From Syntrophorhabdaceae bacterium (GTDB taxonomy: Bacteria; Desulfobacterota; Syntrophorhabdia; Syntrophorhabdales; Syntrophorhabdaceae), in assembly GCA_963666485.2 (NCBI GenBank), contig CAXXUO010000002.1, forward strand, positions 96,001-160,000: a stretch of 64,000 nt of DNA. Reading direction: 5' to 3'. Of this stretch, positions 30,917 through 41,082 are shown one piece after another (position 1 is the stretch's first letter; every line of letters starts with the position of its first letter). The position numbers were made by a program, and so were the translations under genes. A model generated the notes under the pieces. That model was not told where the DNA came from. It searched no databases and was given only the letters and a program-made list of their open reading frames with translations.

Positions 30917-32146
30917 TCATCTCGACGGTAATTCCAAAACTTTTTTCTTTTTTGCCACATCAACTATAACGCTCTGACCATCGTATAATTCCCCGCTTTT
31001 CATCTCAGTGTATTGATTATCGCTTAGCCCGGTTTTAACCTCGATCCTTTGTAATTTCCCTCCTTCCAGAATCCAAACGCCCGGCTTACTGTCGGAATTC
31101 TTCCATGCCATATCCTGGCCCGCAGGAATAAAACGAAGCGCGGCGTTTGGGATTCGAAGAGCATTGTCAGACCTGTCAATCTTGAATTTTACGTTCGCCG
31201 TCATGCCCGGTCGTAATTTTTTTTCCTTATTGTCTACTTTGATTACCACGATATACGTCACGACATTCTGCACCGTAATCGGCTCGATCCTGACCTGGGA
31301 TACTTTTCCGTGGAATATGGTGTCTTGGTAAGAATCGACGGTAAAATCCACATTTTGGCCCGGAGCAATCAGGGATATGTCGGACTCATCGACATTCGCT
31401 TCGATCTGCATTTGATCGAGGTTTTCGGCAATGCTGAACAAATTCGGTGTCACGAAGCTGGATACGACTGTTTGGCCGACATCGATGCTCTTCGAAATAA
31501 TGGTTCCGTCTATAGGCGACACTATACGCGTATATCGAAGATTAGCCTCGGCGGCCTTCACCTGTCCCATAGCCTGAGCTGCCTGGGCTCGTGCAGCATC
31601 AAGCTGGGCCAGACAGGATTCATAATTCGTTTCGGCTGTATCCAATTCCTGTCTCGCAATCAGATCCTGGGACCATAGTTCCTTGTATCTACCCCTGGTC
31701 CTTTTGCTATCCAGGAGAGCAGCATTACATTTTGAAATGTTGGCCCGGGTTGAAAGATGATTTGCTCTGGCCTGTTCCAATTGGGCCTCATACGTAGATG
31801 GATCTATCTGTGCCAATAACTGTCCTTTTTTCACGGGACTGTTATAGTCAACAAAAATCCTGCTGATAGTCCCGGTCACCTGAGCACCAACCTTGACCGT
31901 TGTCACTGCGTTCAACGTTCCGGTTGCAGTTATTACCTTTTCAATACCTCCCCGCGAAATAGATTCGGTTATATAGTGTGGTTTATCTTTAGCGGTAAAT
32001 AAATGCATTGCGGCTAATGTGGACAAATTTCCAAATAGTATGAAGCCTACTATCGCTATGTAGAGATTTCTTTTCCTCTTGATGATCTTTGTAATTATCG
32101 CCTTATATTTTTTGTCCTTCATAAATTGCGTTAAGAATTGTTTCAT
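30917..32146 (-). CDS. MacA-like periplasmic adaptor
   Basis: ATGTLNAVTTVKVGAQVTG, IVSPIDG, VDESDI, LRPGMTANV. Confidence 0.93.
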   Translation of the reverse strand: MKQFLTQFMKDKKYKAIITKIIKRKRNLYIAIVGFILFGNLSTLAAMHLFTAKDKPHYITESISRGGIEKVITATGTLNAVTTVKVGAQVTGTISRIFVDYNSPVKKGQLLAQIDPSTYEAQLEQARANHLSTRANISKCNAALLDSKRTRGRYKELWSQDLIARQELDTAETNYESCLAQLDAARAQAAQAMGQVKAAEANLRYTRIVSPIDGTIISKSIDVGQTVVSSFVTPNLFSIAENLDQMQIEANVDESDISLIAPGQNVDFTVDSYQDTIFHGKVSQVRIEPITVQNVVTYIVVIKVDNKEKKLRPGMTANVKFKIDRSDNALRIPNAALRFIPAGQDMAWKNSDSKPGVWILEGGKLQRIEVKTGLSDNQYTEMKSGELYDGQSVIVDVAKKKKVLELPSR

Positions 32147-32154
32147 TTCATTTC

Positions 32155-33480
32155 CTAATTTCCTACGGCTTTTTCCAGGCCTATATAGGCAATTTTATAA
32201 TCATAGATTGCCCGATTATGAGACATCATCGCCTTGCTGTACTCGGTGAGCGCATTAACGACGTCTGTTGAATTTCCTACCTGATGTTCATACCGTTTGG
32301 ACGCAATTTCGTAATTTTCCGAAGCCTGACAAATCATTAATTTGGTCAAGGCTATTCTGTCCTTTGCCTGAGTCAGATTGACAAAGGCTTCCTGCACATC
32401 CTTGACAATATTGTTACGCAATGCATTTTCATTTTCGTTTAAAGCATTCAAATGAGCGATCGCTTCACCGAGATCATTTTTCTTATAAAAACCATCGAAA
32501 ATATTGAAATTCATGTTTATCCCCAGCATCCAATTCTCGTTGTTAAAGGAAAAACTGTCGCCATACCAGCCATATTTCGCAGTCCCTGAGATGCTTGGGA
32601 AGTATTCGCGCTGCTTTAATGTGACGCTTTGCCTGGCCGCTTCTTTCTGCGCCAGAAGAGATTTAAGGTCGGGCCGATTCGCTAATGCCTTTTCGATAGC
32701 TTCTTCTTCACGGCCTGACAATTCATTTATTTCGATGTCTTCTTTGATTATAAATTCGGGGAGATAGGAAAACCCCATGGCATTGTTGAGCTTGATCCGG
32801 GCAATTCTTACGGCGTTTTCGGTAATAAGTAGGCGATGTCTTGCATCCCCTAATTCAACCTCCGCCCTGGTGACATCGATACGGGCCTTTAAGCCAACCT
32901 TGTAAAAACCGGTGGCATGCTTGAGGTGGTGGCTCGCTTGAGCGACAACCTCCTGCGCAACTTTCCGGTCTTTTTGTGCGAGGTATAAATCAAAATAGGC
33001 CTTTTGAACGTTGAATTTGACCTGGATCCTTGTATTCATCTCGCTGGCACGGGCTGCCCGGGCATCGTATTTGGAAATATCGACCCGGGCCGGAGTTCTG
33101 CCAAAATCGAAGACGTTCTGGTTGAGAGAAAATGACGATATATATTGATCGCTCGCCTTCTTTGAGGCTTCCTGGAAATACAAGTTGCCATTTCCATCAA
33201 TATTGATGCCCATAGAAGGCTTGGCATCAGGATATACATGTGCATATTCTGAAGACAGCCCAATCTGAGGATAATAGGCGGATTGTGTTTTTCCAACTCT
33301 TCTTTCAGCGACTTGCGCATTATATCCTGATTCGCCAATGCTGGGATTATATCTCATTGCAATTTCGACGGTTTGGTCAAGGCTGAGAATTTGCCCGGCC
33401 TTTACGACATCCATTGCTTGCAGTATGATCGGGAAAAGCAAACTAAAAACGAATGAATAAACTAAATTGCGAAGTATCAA
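32155..33480 (-). CDS. TolC-family outer-membrane efflux protein
   Basis: LSLDQTVEIAMRYNP, VFDFGR, ALANRPDL, NIFDGF. Confidence 0.9.
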   Translation of the reverse strand: MILRNLVYSFVFSLLFPIILQAMDVVKAGQILSLDQTVEIAMRYNPSIGESGYNAQVAERRVGKTQSAYYPQIGLSSEYAHVYPDAKPSMGINIDGNGNLYFQEASKKASDQYISSFSLNQNVFDFGRTPARVDISKYDARAARASEMNTRIQVKFNVQKAYFDLYLAQKDRKVAQEVVAQASHHLKHATGFYKVGLKARIDVTRAEVELGDARHRLLITENAVRIARIKLNNAMGFSYLPEFIIKEDIEINELSGREEEAIEKALANRPDLKSLLAQKEAARQSVTLKQREYFPSISGTAKYGWYGDSFSFNNENWMLGINMNFNIFDGFYKKNDLGEAIAHLNALNENENALRNNIVKDVQEAFVNLTQAKDRIALTKLMICQASENYEIASKRYEHQVGNSTDVVNALTEYSKAMMSHNRAIYDYKIAYIGLEKAVGN

Positions 33481-33895
33481 TTTTGGATGTATCTCCTTTT
33501 AGGATAGGGGAAATACAAAAGCAACATGTGTTAATGGTTGCGTCAAGATACTATGATTCGACTTCTTTATCTGTCACACAACAATTGAGTTTTATATGTA
33601 TTGTCATTTAATTGACGATAAACGAATGTCTATATGGGTCCCGAATGACCACAAGAATGATAATAATATAGTATTCTTTTTCATTAAACCTGCGTCTATT
33701 TCCCCTATTTGAACTACAGACAACTTTTCGAACAATCGAGTACTCTGTAAGAGCTACAGGAAATAAAACGGGCGGAACTAGAGCGAATTCTCGATATTTT
33801 CCATTCAGGACCTCTTCTCGAACCTACAGCAGCAGACATTACCGATACAAGAAATGAATACGATCAACAATCACCGCATGAGAAGGAGGAATGCC

Positions 33896-34039
33896 ATGGA
33901 TCTTTTGAGGCGAAGCGGAGGTAGTGCAATAGTGTCTATTATAGTTGGCTCGACGGCGATAGTAATTTTGCTTATGGGAGTTCTTGCGATGGATGCAATG
34001 CTGGGATGGGGAGTATGGAAGTGGCTCGCGGGTCATTAA
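33896..34039 (+). CDS. Small hydrophobic peptide D (47 aa)
   Basis: AAGGAGG RBS; MDLLRRSGG-hydrophobic-GWGVWKWLAGH. Confidence 0.75.
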   Translation: MDLLRRSGGSAIVSIIVGSTAIVILLMGVLAMDAMLGWGVWKWLAGH

Positions 34040-34068
34040 CACAATCAAACAAAAAGGAGGGTATTGAT

Positions 34069-34221
34069 ATGAATTTTTTACTGAACATGAAAGGAGTCGT
34101 AAATATTGCTGTTGTAAGCCTTATTATGGTGGGATCGCTGGTAATTACCGCCTTGGGAGTCCTGGCCATCGATGTGGTGTTCGGGTTGGGTATCTGGAAA
34201 TGGGTTACGGCGGGCCATTAA
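34069..34221 (+). CDS. Small hydrophobic peptide E (50 aa), paralog of D
   Basis: AAGGAGG RBS; MNFLLNMKG-hydrophobic-GLGIWKWVTAGH. Confidence 0.75.
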   Translation: MNFLLNMKGVVNIAVVSLIMVGSLVITALGVLAIDVVFGLGIWKWVTAGH

Positions 34222-34278
34222 AAGAATCTCAGTATACAAATACCTGCGCCATAAATATCCTAACAAAAGGGGGCAATT

Positions 34279-34485
34279 GTGAACGTTAAAATGAAGTGGA
34301 AATTTGTCCAAAACGGGATAAGGAAAATAAACGGTTCATCGAACATCCTGCTCAAACATACGGGATCGGCAGCAACCAGCCTTCTTATCATTCCGGCTGC
34401 CGCAGGCATAATATTTGTTGCCTTGACGATACTTTCTTCGTTCTTTAGGCTGCCTCCCATTCCGCTCTGCCCGTATTGCATATAG
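34279..34485 (+). CDS. Small hydrophobic peptide F (68 aa) with C-terminal CxxC
   Basis: AAGGGGG RBS, GTG start; KHTG-hydrophobic-RLPPIPLCPYCI. Confidence 0.55.
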   Translation: MNVKMKWKFVQNGIRKINGSSNILLKHTGSAATSLLIIPAAAGIIFVALTILSSFFRLPPIPLCPYCI

Positions 34486-34561
34486 TTGAACAAAACAGTC
34501 GCCTTCATGGGATACGAGGGAAATGATTCCTCATTAAACGTGTAATAATGACGGGTAACAG

Positions 34562-34597
34562 AGAACGGGGGACCGAAAAAAGCCTCCCGTTCTTTTT
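34562..34597 (+). terminator. Rho-independent terminator after peptides D-F
   Basis: AGAACGGGGG...CCTCCCGTTCT followed by a T-run. Confidence 0.65.
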
Positions 34598-34649
34598 ATT
34601 CCGGAGTTGTAACCGGATTTGTAACTCCCCTGACCACGAAAGTTGAGAA

Positions 34650-34890
34650 TCCGACATTTACCTGCCGAATCAGCAACGATGTCAGGGATTTCGACCTGTT
34701 CTATGCCCAGATGTATGTCCCTCATATCCAGAAAAGGTTTCAGGACCTTGCCACACTCTGGATTCGTACGAGCACCTCAGAACGGTTTGTCAAAAAGGAT
34801 TCCTTCTGCTTATCGAAGAACACGAGAAAATTGTCGCCGGGGGGGGTCCTGTGCACCGTCGAAAATAACACTCTGTTCTTCAGCTCAGCC
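34650..34890 (+). pseudogene. Possible GNAT/FemAB-like gene remnant
   Basis: DFDLFYAQMYVPHIQKRF and LLLIEEHEKIVAGG in shifted frames; no intact start or end. Confidence 0.35.
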
Positions 34891-34999
34891 GCCTCTCCAC
34901 GGTTGACCGGTCTGAAGAAGTTGCTCAATGTCGGCAAAGCTGTACTTTCAAGCGGGGAGAGCCGACGGGCAGGATTGGGAGATGAAGTTCTGAACCGGC

Positions 35000-36490
35000 C
35001 TATCGCGGAACTACCTGTTTGCGAGCCTTCTTCGCCTCTTCTATCGCATCGAGTTGGAGCCGGTAGGCGCTGTAGTACTTGAAGATGTTGCGTACATATG
35101 TTGTGGTCTCCATACCGACCTTTTCGGCTGTGACGACCTCGACGTTGTTGAGCCACTGGTTCGGGTCAAACCCGCGGCGCTCGGCCTCCTTGCGCATCGC
35201 CGCGATCTTTCCCGGGCCGCAATTATAGCTCGCAAAGGCAAACAATGTACGGTTGTTCCCGGTGAATTTGGCATCCGGGAAGTACTTCGTCATGAGGCGG
35301 TCCATGTACTTCGCACCGGCGTGGATGTTGGGCTCGGTAATGCTGATATCACCCACCTTCAATTCCTTGCCGGTGGACGGCAGGAGCTGCATGACGCCGA
35401 TGGCCCCCGAGCGGCTCTTTGCCTTCTGGTTGAGCTGTGACTCCTGGTAGCCCTGCGCTGCCAGCATGAGGGGGTCGAAATCGTATTGCTGCCCGTACTT
35501 CCGGAAGAGAGCAAGGATCTCCTCGAAACGCTTCCACTCCGAGGCACCCGTCGGGTCTTTTATCTGTTTCACCCGGGACATGTACTTTTTCAGCCGGATG
35601 GCCACGAGACCCTGCTTCTGGAGATGGTTCTGCGCGAAGTCGAGGATCTCCGCTTCCAGTTTCGGGCTCCCCTTTCGAATGGCCCAGCCCGTCTTGCCGC
35701 TTTCCCTGGCAACCGCCTGCTGGTTCACCTTGATCTTCGGAAGGATCTGTGCCCACATCTTCGCTTTCCAGTCATCTACCACGATGATCTCGAGAATGCC
35801 GGCATTGACCATCTCCATCAAGTCCTCGTCTTCCAGTGCATCGGGCACAAGTACCAGTTTCACGGCGGACTTGCGCTCCTTCTTAAAACGGGCGTTGAGC
35901 TCGTTGAGGCTCTCATAATAGCTCGATGCCTTCCGGACGTGGACTGTCTTGTCGGCAAGGTCGTCCGTGGAGGCGATCGCGGGGGACTTCGGCCCGGTGA
36001 CGATCAATTCTCTTATACCGGGCTGTTTGGCCGGCGCGACAAAATCCACCGTCTTGAGGCGCTCGGCGGTCATGGTGAGGTTGCCCACGGCAATGTCGCC
36101 CAGGCCGCTTACAACCTCCGGCAGCAGTTTGTCCCGGGTCGTGGGGATGATGAGGACGGTGACCGGGCGCCTGGCCAGCGTCTTCGCATACTTCCTGTTG
36201 ATCCACCGCTCGAAATCGCGGACGTTCTCGGCGGTAATTCCCATCTCGTGCCCGTTGTCGTTAAAATAGAGAGACCGGCTGTACGGCACGAGCACCCGGA
36301 TCACGCGGCGCTCCAACATCTGATCGAAGTCTTTCGTGAAGGGCGTACGGGATATGTCCAGCTGGCGCGCACTTTGCTTCGCGCCCGGTTTGGACGAGGC
36401 GGCGGCGCATTCGCCGGATAAGCCCATGATCAGAACCAGAAAAAAGATGAACCCGATCATAAGCTCCAGCATCCGGTATTTGGCCTTCAT
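35000..36490 (-). CDS. MltF-like lytic transglycosylase (solute-binding + SLT domains)
   Basis: DIAVGNLTMT, AAQGYQESQL, GAIGVMQL, ASYNCGPG, ETTTYVRNI. Confidence 0.9.
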   Translation of the reverse strand: MKAKYRMLELMIGFIFFLVLIMGLSGECAAASSKPGAKQSARQLDISRTPFTKDFDQMLERRVIRVLVPYSRSLYFNDNGHEMGITAENVRDFERWINRKYAKTLARRPVTVLIIPTTRDKLLPEVVSGLGDIAVGNLTMTAERLKTVDFVAPAKQPGIRELIVTGPKSPAIASTDDLADKTVHVRKASSYYESLNELNARFKKERKSAVKLVLVPDALEDEDLMEMVNAGILEIIVVDDWKAKMWAQILPKIKVNQQAVARESGKTGWAIRKGSPKLEAEILDFAQNHLQKQGLVAIRLKKYMSRVKQIKDPTGASEWKRFEEILALFRKYGQQYDFDPLMLAAQGYQESQLNQKAKSRSGAIGVMQLLPSTGKELKVGDISITEPNIHAGAKYMDRLMTKYFPDAKFTGNNRTLFAFASYNCGPGKIAAMRKEAERRGFDPNQWLNNVEVVTAEKVGMETTTYVRNIFKYYSAYRLQLDAIEEAKKARKQVVPR

Positions 36491-36620
36491 CCGCTCCCCT
36501 CCAAAATGGACTTACTTGTGTCTTACCACACTTAAACCGTGGACACAACCCGGAAACACCCATTATAGACCTCTGTCGGAATACTCGAAAATCGAAGCCG
36601 CCGATAAGCGCCCGGCGAGA

Positions 36621-38774
36621 TCACTTGAGCGAGAGGAGGTGGGTGCGAAGGTTGGCTTTTTTGTTGTTCAGGCCAAGTTTCTTCCGTATGTTGTCCCTGT
36701 GGGAATCGACAGCGCTTGGCGCCACGCCCATTAACCGTGCTATATCCTTCGTCGTCTTCCCCTCCCGTATGAATGACACCACCTCGGTCTCCTTCGGCGT
36801 CAGGCCAAACTGTTTTATCATGTTCAAAAAGGGTGACAGTATCTCGGCGAGGTTCGCCTCGACGACGTTGAGATAGGCCTCATGGCGGGGGGTTAGCTGC
36901 TCTTTTCTTATCTTCCGTATATGGGGCAGGATCATTGTCCTGATGTTCGACACGAACTGGACTTCGAGCTCTTTCCTGTCCTCTTCCCTCTGCTTTAACA
37001 ACACCCTGAGGGCGGTGTTGACCTCTTCGAGGGTTTTGGATTTGACCGACAATTCGTTCTCCCGGTCCTCTCTCCTGGCAATTTCCTCGCGAAGTTCGGC
37101 CGTGCGCTCCGCCACAAGCTGTTCAAGGTGCTCGCGGGATGCTCTTAATTCCTCCTCCATCTTCTTCCGTCCGGTAATGTCCCGATCGGTACCCCGATAC
37201 CCTTTGAGGTCTCCGGCGGCATCGTAAAAAGGAAGGCCATCCGTTTCCAGAACGACAAGGTGTCCGTCTTTATGAACGTTGACATTTTCCAATGCGACCA
37301 ACGGTCTCTCTTTCTTTGCGAATACGGCGAATACTTCCGTCATCCGTTTTGCTTCCTCCGGGGCCATGAGATCAAACGCTGTCTTGCCGAGGACCTCTTC
37401 CGGTTCATATCCGAGTATGTGTTTGATCTGCGGGCTGACGTAGGTATACCGTCCCGCGCGGTCAACCTCCCAGACCCAGTCATACACGGTCTCGACCAGG
37501 CCCTGGAATTTCTGTTTACTCTCCCAGAGCTCTTCTTCGGCCTGCTTGCGGGCCGTTATGTCCTCCGTGAAGCCTTCGTACACCGCCGGTTTGCCCTGAT
37601 CGTCGTAAACCGTCCTGCAGTTCGTGGAGACCCACGCAATGCTTCCGTCTTTCCTGTATATCTGAAATTCAAAGTCGTCGAGCTTCCCTTCCCTGTCCAG
37701 GATGGAAAGGGCCTCCTGCCTTTTGGCCGGGTCAACGTAACTCTGGGTCCCGATATCCGTTATGGAGCCCATCATCTCTTCCGGTGAGTCGAACCCGCTG
37801 ATCCTGGCAAATGCCGAATTAATGGTGAGGAGCCTGCCGTCGGGGGATGACCGGAATATGCCCTCCAGCGCGTTGTCGAAGATGGAGCGGTACATGGCCT
37901 CGGCCCTTCTGCGGTCGGTAACGTCCGTCCCCACGCCGAAAAAATAATCCGGGCTGCCATCGGGTTTTTTTATGGCCCTGCCATGCCATTCCACCAGGAC
38001 CTCTTTTCCGTCTCTTGTAAGGACCCTGTTCTCGTTGAATGTAGGCTGCGCCAGGGTTATCAGTCTGGAGAAAACCGGTGAAAGCCTTTCTCTGTCGCTC
38101 TCGGGCACCAGCCTCATATAGTCCTTGTTCTTCACTTCCTCCAGGTTGTATCCAAGGGCCCCGAGCATTGATGCGTTCATATGCCTGACCGTACGATCGG
38201 CATTGATCGCTACGAAAAAAGCCGGGGACGATTCGACAAGGGTCGAATTGAACGCTATTTCTTTGAGCAGGGCCTCTTCCATTCGTTTTTGCCGGGTTAT
38301 GTCGCGGACGACGGCTTGCAGGAGAGGTCTGCCGTCTATGATCATAGGGCTCAAAAACACTTCCGATGGAAATACCTCACCCGTATCTGCCCGCTTATGC
38401 GCCCATTCAAATTGCTGTGGCCCCGTTGTCAATGCCATAGCTATGTGGCGATCGCCCAACACCCTCGATTCGGTACCGCAGGCCTGAACGGGCGGGGACA
38501 GGTCGGCGGGGTGTATCCCGCACAACTCTTCCCGTGTCGCACAGCCGAACAGCCTGACGGCGGCACCGTTGCAGTCGAAAAAGTGATCCCGGTCCATGAG
38601 CAGCACCGCGTCGCTGGTAGAATCGTAGAGGGTGCGGAACTTCATTTCGGAACGCTGCAGCGCCTCCAGGGTTTTCACGTGCGCCGTTTCCGACTGTTCC
38701 AGTTCACTGATCCTCTGTTTCAGCAGTGATATTTCCTCGACTATTTCCTCGCGTGTCCGGGACGGTTCTTTCAT
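36621..38774 (-). CDS. Multi-PAS LuxR-family transcriptional regulator
   Basis: Four PAS/PAC units; LTPKETEV..GKTTKDIA..VDSHRDNIRKKLGL. Confidence 0.9.
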   Translation of the reverse strand: MKEPSRTREEIVEEISLLKQRISELEQSETAHVKTLEALQRSEMKFRTLYDSTSDAVLLMDRDHFFDCNGAAVRLFGCATREELCGIHPADLSPPVQACGTESRVLGDRHIAMALTTGPQQFEWAHKRADTGEVFPSEVFLSPMIIDGRPLLQAVVRDITRQKRMEEALLKEIAFNSTLVESSPAFFVAINADRTVRHMNASMLGALGYNLEEVKNKDYMRLVPESDRERLSPVFSRLITLAQPTFNENRVLTRDGKEVLVEWHGRAIKKPDGSPDYFFGVGTDVTDRRRAEAMYRSIFDNALEGIFRSSPDGRLLTINSAFARISGFDSPEEMMGSITDIGTQSYVDPAKRQEALSILDREGKLDDFEFQIYRKDGSIAWVSTNCRTVYDDQGKPAVYEGFTEDITARKQAEEELWESKQKFQGLVETVYDWVWEVDRAGRYTYVSPQIKHILGYEPEEVLGKTAFDLMAPEEAKRMTEVFAVFAKKERPLVALENVNVHKDGHLVVLETDGLPFYDAAGDLKGYRGTDRDITGRKKMEEELRASREHLEQLVAERTAELREEIARREDRENELSVKSKTLEEVNTALRVLLKQREEDRKELEVQFVSNIRTMILPHIRKIRKEQLTPRHEAYLNVVEANLAEILSPFLNMIKQFGLTPKETEVVSFIREGKTTKDIARLMGVAPSAVDSHRDNIRKKLGLNNKKANLRTHLLSLK

Positions 38775-39039
38775 CTCAATCTTCCTGTGGTTGTGATTCA
38801 CGATACGGGCCAAAAGGCCGAGCCTGCAATGCTGCGGCTGCACCGGCCTTCGTCGCCTGCCCGTCACATTTTCCTGCACTTTCATTCAATTTGCAAGGGG
38901 TAATCCCGGGATGGGATCATCGAAATCAGGATCCGGGCCACGTCTTGCATTATCGCATTTCACCTGTGCAAGATTGCCGGTCGCGCCGGGAAAGCTTAAA
39001 AGGTCTGCCGATAATTAGCTCAAGAAAGATTCCTTGACG

Positions 39040-39255
39040 TCAGGACTTCCCGATAAGAATATCGTGCAAATTGATGACCGCCATGGCGATCTGGGAGTTG
39101 TCGACGAGAAAGGCGATGTTTATTTCGGATGCGCTCTGGGAAACCATCCCGGCCTTGATCCCCGCTTTCCCGAGAGCGGCGAAGATATCGACTAGGCCTT
39201 TCGGGTTCCCCTTCAGCTCTTCCCCGCAGAGACCGGATGAGCCCGGTACGGTCAC
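39040..39255 (-). pseudogene. Aspartokinase-type ACT domain fragment
   Basis: GEELKGNPKG..IFAALGKAGI..MVSQSASEINIAFLV; no kinase domain. Confidence 0.6.
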
Positions 39256-39400
39256 TTTTCACATCTTTCGTATATCCAATATCCCGGCGATATGCAATAT
39301 AAATGTCCGGGAAACGTATCGAACATCTGCCAAATAAGAAAGGCAACCGTCTCCGGCTGCCTCCTTTGTTGTCAGATGAAATGATCTCGCGCTGACGGCC

Positions 39401-39856
39401 CTACTCCTTGTAAACGCCGCATCCGAACACGTAGTCACCGACTTTTTCAACGTAGGTGGTTTTCGCGTCTGTCTTTTTCGTCACCGGATTCGCCCATTTA
39501 TAGTCTACCCAGCCGGTGCCTTTTTCAGTTGCGGTCTTGATGATCTCCTGCATGAAGAGCTTGCCGTCGGCGTCTTTCAACCCCGACACGTCCTTGCCGA
39601 CAAGCTTGGGATTCCCGCCATGGGCAAAGACCATACCTTTCGCATCGATGACAAAGATATAGAGATCGCCTTTCACAAACTGCCCTTTCGGGTCTGAGAA
39701 TTCAGCAAACGCCTTGTCCTTGCCGTTGGCCTTGTAGAACGCCACCCCTTTTTCTATGAGGGCCTTCGCTTCGGCCTGGGTCCCGGCACAGAACCCCGTC
39801 CCTACGAGACCGAACAGAAATAAACCTGCCAACATCATCACTACAAGCTTTCTCAT
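39401..39856 (-). CDS. Single Cache (sCache_2) periplasmic protein
   Basis: Signal peptide; DLYIFVID, LKDADGK, GWVDYKW.NP. Confidence 0.9.
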   Translation of the reverse strand: MRKLVVMMLAGLFLFGLVGTGFCAGTQAEAKALIEKGVAFYKANGKDKAFAEFSDPKGQFVKGDLYIFVIDAKGMVFAHGGNPKLVGKDVSGLKDADGKLFMQEIIKTATEKGTGWVDYKWANPVTKKTDAKTTYVEKVGDYVFGCGVYKE

Positions 39857-40005
39857 TCCAAAACCTCCCCTTTGATTGTTTTGTGTTCCCTGTCAGAGGC
39901 CGAAAGGCTGCAACGCCATCCGGATAAAGTTATAGACAGGGTCCCAATAAACGATGTTATCATACTCGCAGTATAAAACAAACCGTTATCCCGTCAGGAG
40001 GTGCC

Positions 40006-40275
40006 ATGAAAAAATTATCATGTGGGGCTGCTGCATTCTTGATCGCTTCGGCCTTTGCTGTCGCCGCACCCGTAGTAGAGAAGCCGCTTTTTGGGGCGGA
40101 GGAAAAGGTGCCCGTCTCGACCGGGGCCCCCGTCAAGGCAATGAAGCAGCAGCCTCCCAAAACCCAGGGGGCGGCCGGTGCCGCGGCAAACACCGACGCA
40201 GCGAAGAACAAGGCGCAAGGCGGTAAGAAGAAAGATACGAGGATTGAGGACGATCCGATAGGGACAAGGAGATAA
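40006..40275 (+). CDS. Small secreted low-complexity protein
   Basis: AGGAGG RBS, MKK signal peptide. Confidence 0.6.
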   Translation: MKKLSCGAAAFLIASAFAVAAPVVEKPLFGAEEKVPVSTGAPVKAMKQQPPKTQGAAGAAANTDAAKNKAQGGKKKDTRIEDDPIGTRR

Positions 40276-40329
40276 AGCGGGGACGTCCGATGTTCCGTTC
40301 GAACATCCGCCGGGTAAACGAAGGCTATT

Positions 40330-41073
40330 TCATCCCTTCTGTTTATCAGCCGCTTCCGACGCCTTCTTGAGAGCGTTAAGGAATGCCCCGTAATACTTTT
40401 CCGCCGTGTCGCCGGGCAGCGCCTCGTCCTTATCACGCAAGGCATATATGTCTTTCAGCGCGTCCCCGTCGAGACCGAATACGCGGGCCGAGGCCTCGAT
40501 GATCTGCGAATGCCCTGTCACGCCGTTCCCTGTGACCGCGAGGAGGAACCCCAGCGTTTCGACAAAGCGCTTTACCTGCTGAGACATCATCACGGTGAGC
40601 CGCTGCCCCCCGTTCAGGATGTAGTGCCTGCGCATCTTGAGAAGCATGTTGCTCAGGCGCTGTCTCAAGCGGACCATGACGTTCTGGCTGTCTATGCTCA
40701 GGCCCGCAAGGGGATCCTCACCGTAGAGCACCCGGTAGCCGTCCCTGATCGCCATGAATTTCAGGGGGAATATATCCACGCTGGCGGCGATATCGTCAGG
40801 CGTCAGGAAGAGCGGCGCGATGCCCGACCGTCTTCCCTTGAAAACGGGGTCGAGAAGAGAGTGCAAGGCTGAGATGTCGGCATTCCCGACGACAACGAGA
40901 AGATTGATGTCGCTCTTCCCGGGACGGTAGTCGTCACGCGCGGCGCTTCCGTACAGAACGAGCGACTCGAGTGATATCCCGGGGATCTTCTGAATATCCT
41001 CGAGGAATGATGCGACCGCGGTCTTTTCCTCTGTACCCAATTGTGTTCCGGACAGGTCTATGTCTTTGCTCAT
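40330..41073 (-). CDS. Nucleotidyltransferase-domain protein
   Basis: LVLYGSAARDDY..SDINLLVV; the second catalytic Asp position is N. Confidence 0.8.
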   Translation of the reverse strand: MSKDIDLSGTQLGTEEKTAVASFLEDIQKIPGISLESLVLYGSAARDDYRPGKSDINLLVVVGNADISALHSLLDPVFKGRRSGIAPLFLTPDDIAASVDIFPLKFMAIRDGYRVLYGEDPLAGLSIDSQNVMVRLRQRLSNMLLKMRRHYILNGGQRLTVMMSQQVKRFVETLGFLLAVTGNGVTGHSQIIEASARVFGLDGDALKDIYALRDKDEALPGDTAEKYYGAFLNALKKASEAADKQKG

Positions 41074-41082
41074 CTTAACCTC

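Noticed and set aside
33745..33759. lux-box-like CTGTA-N5-TACAG in the divergent promoter region
   Set aside because: Short, spacing differs from the canonical box and no LuxI or AHL-type LuxR is nearby; could be chance.
33896..34221. Filamentous phage coat proteins or prophage
   Set aside because: Size and hydrophobicity fit, but there is no Zot/pI ATPase, replication protein or other phage gene.
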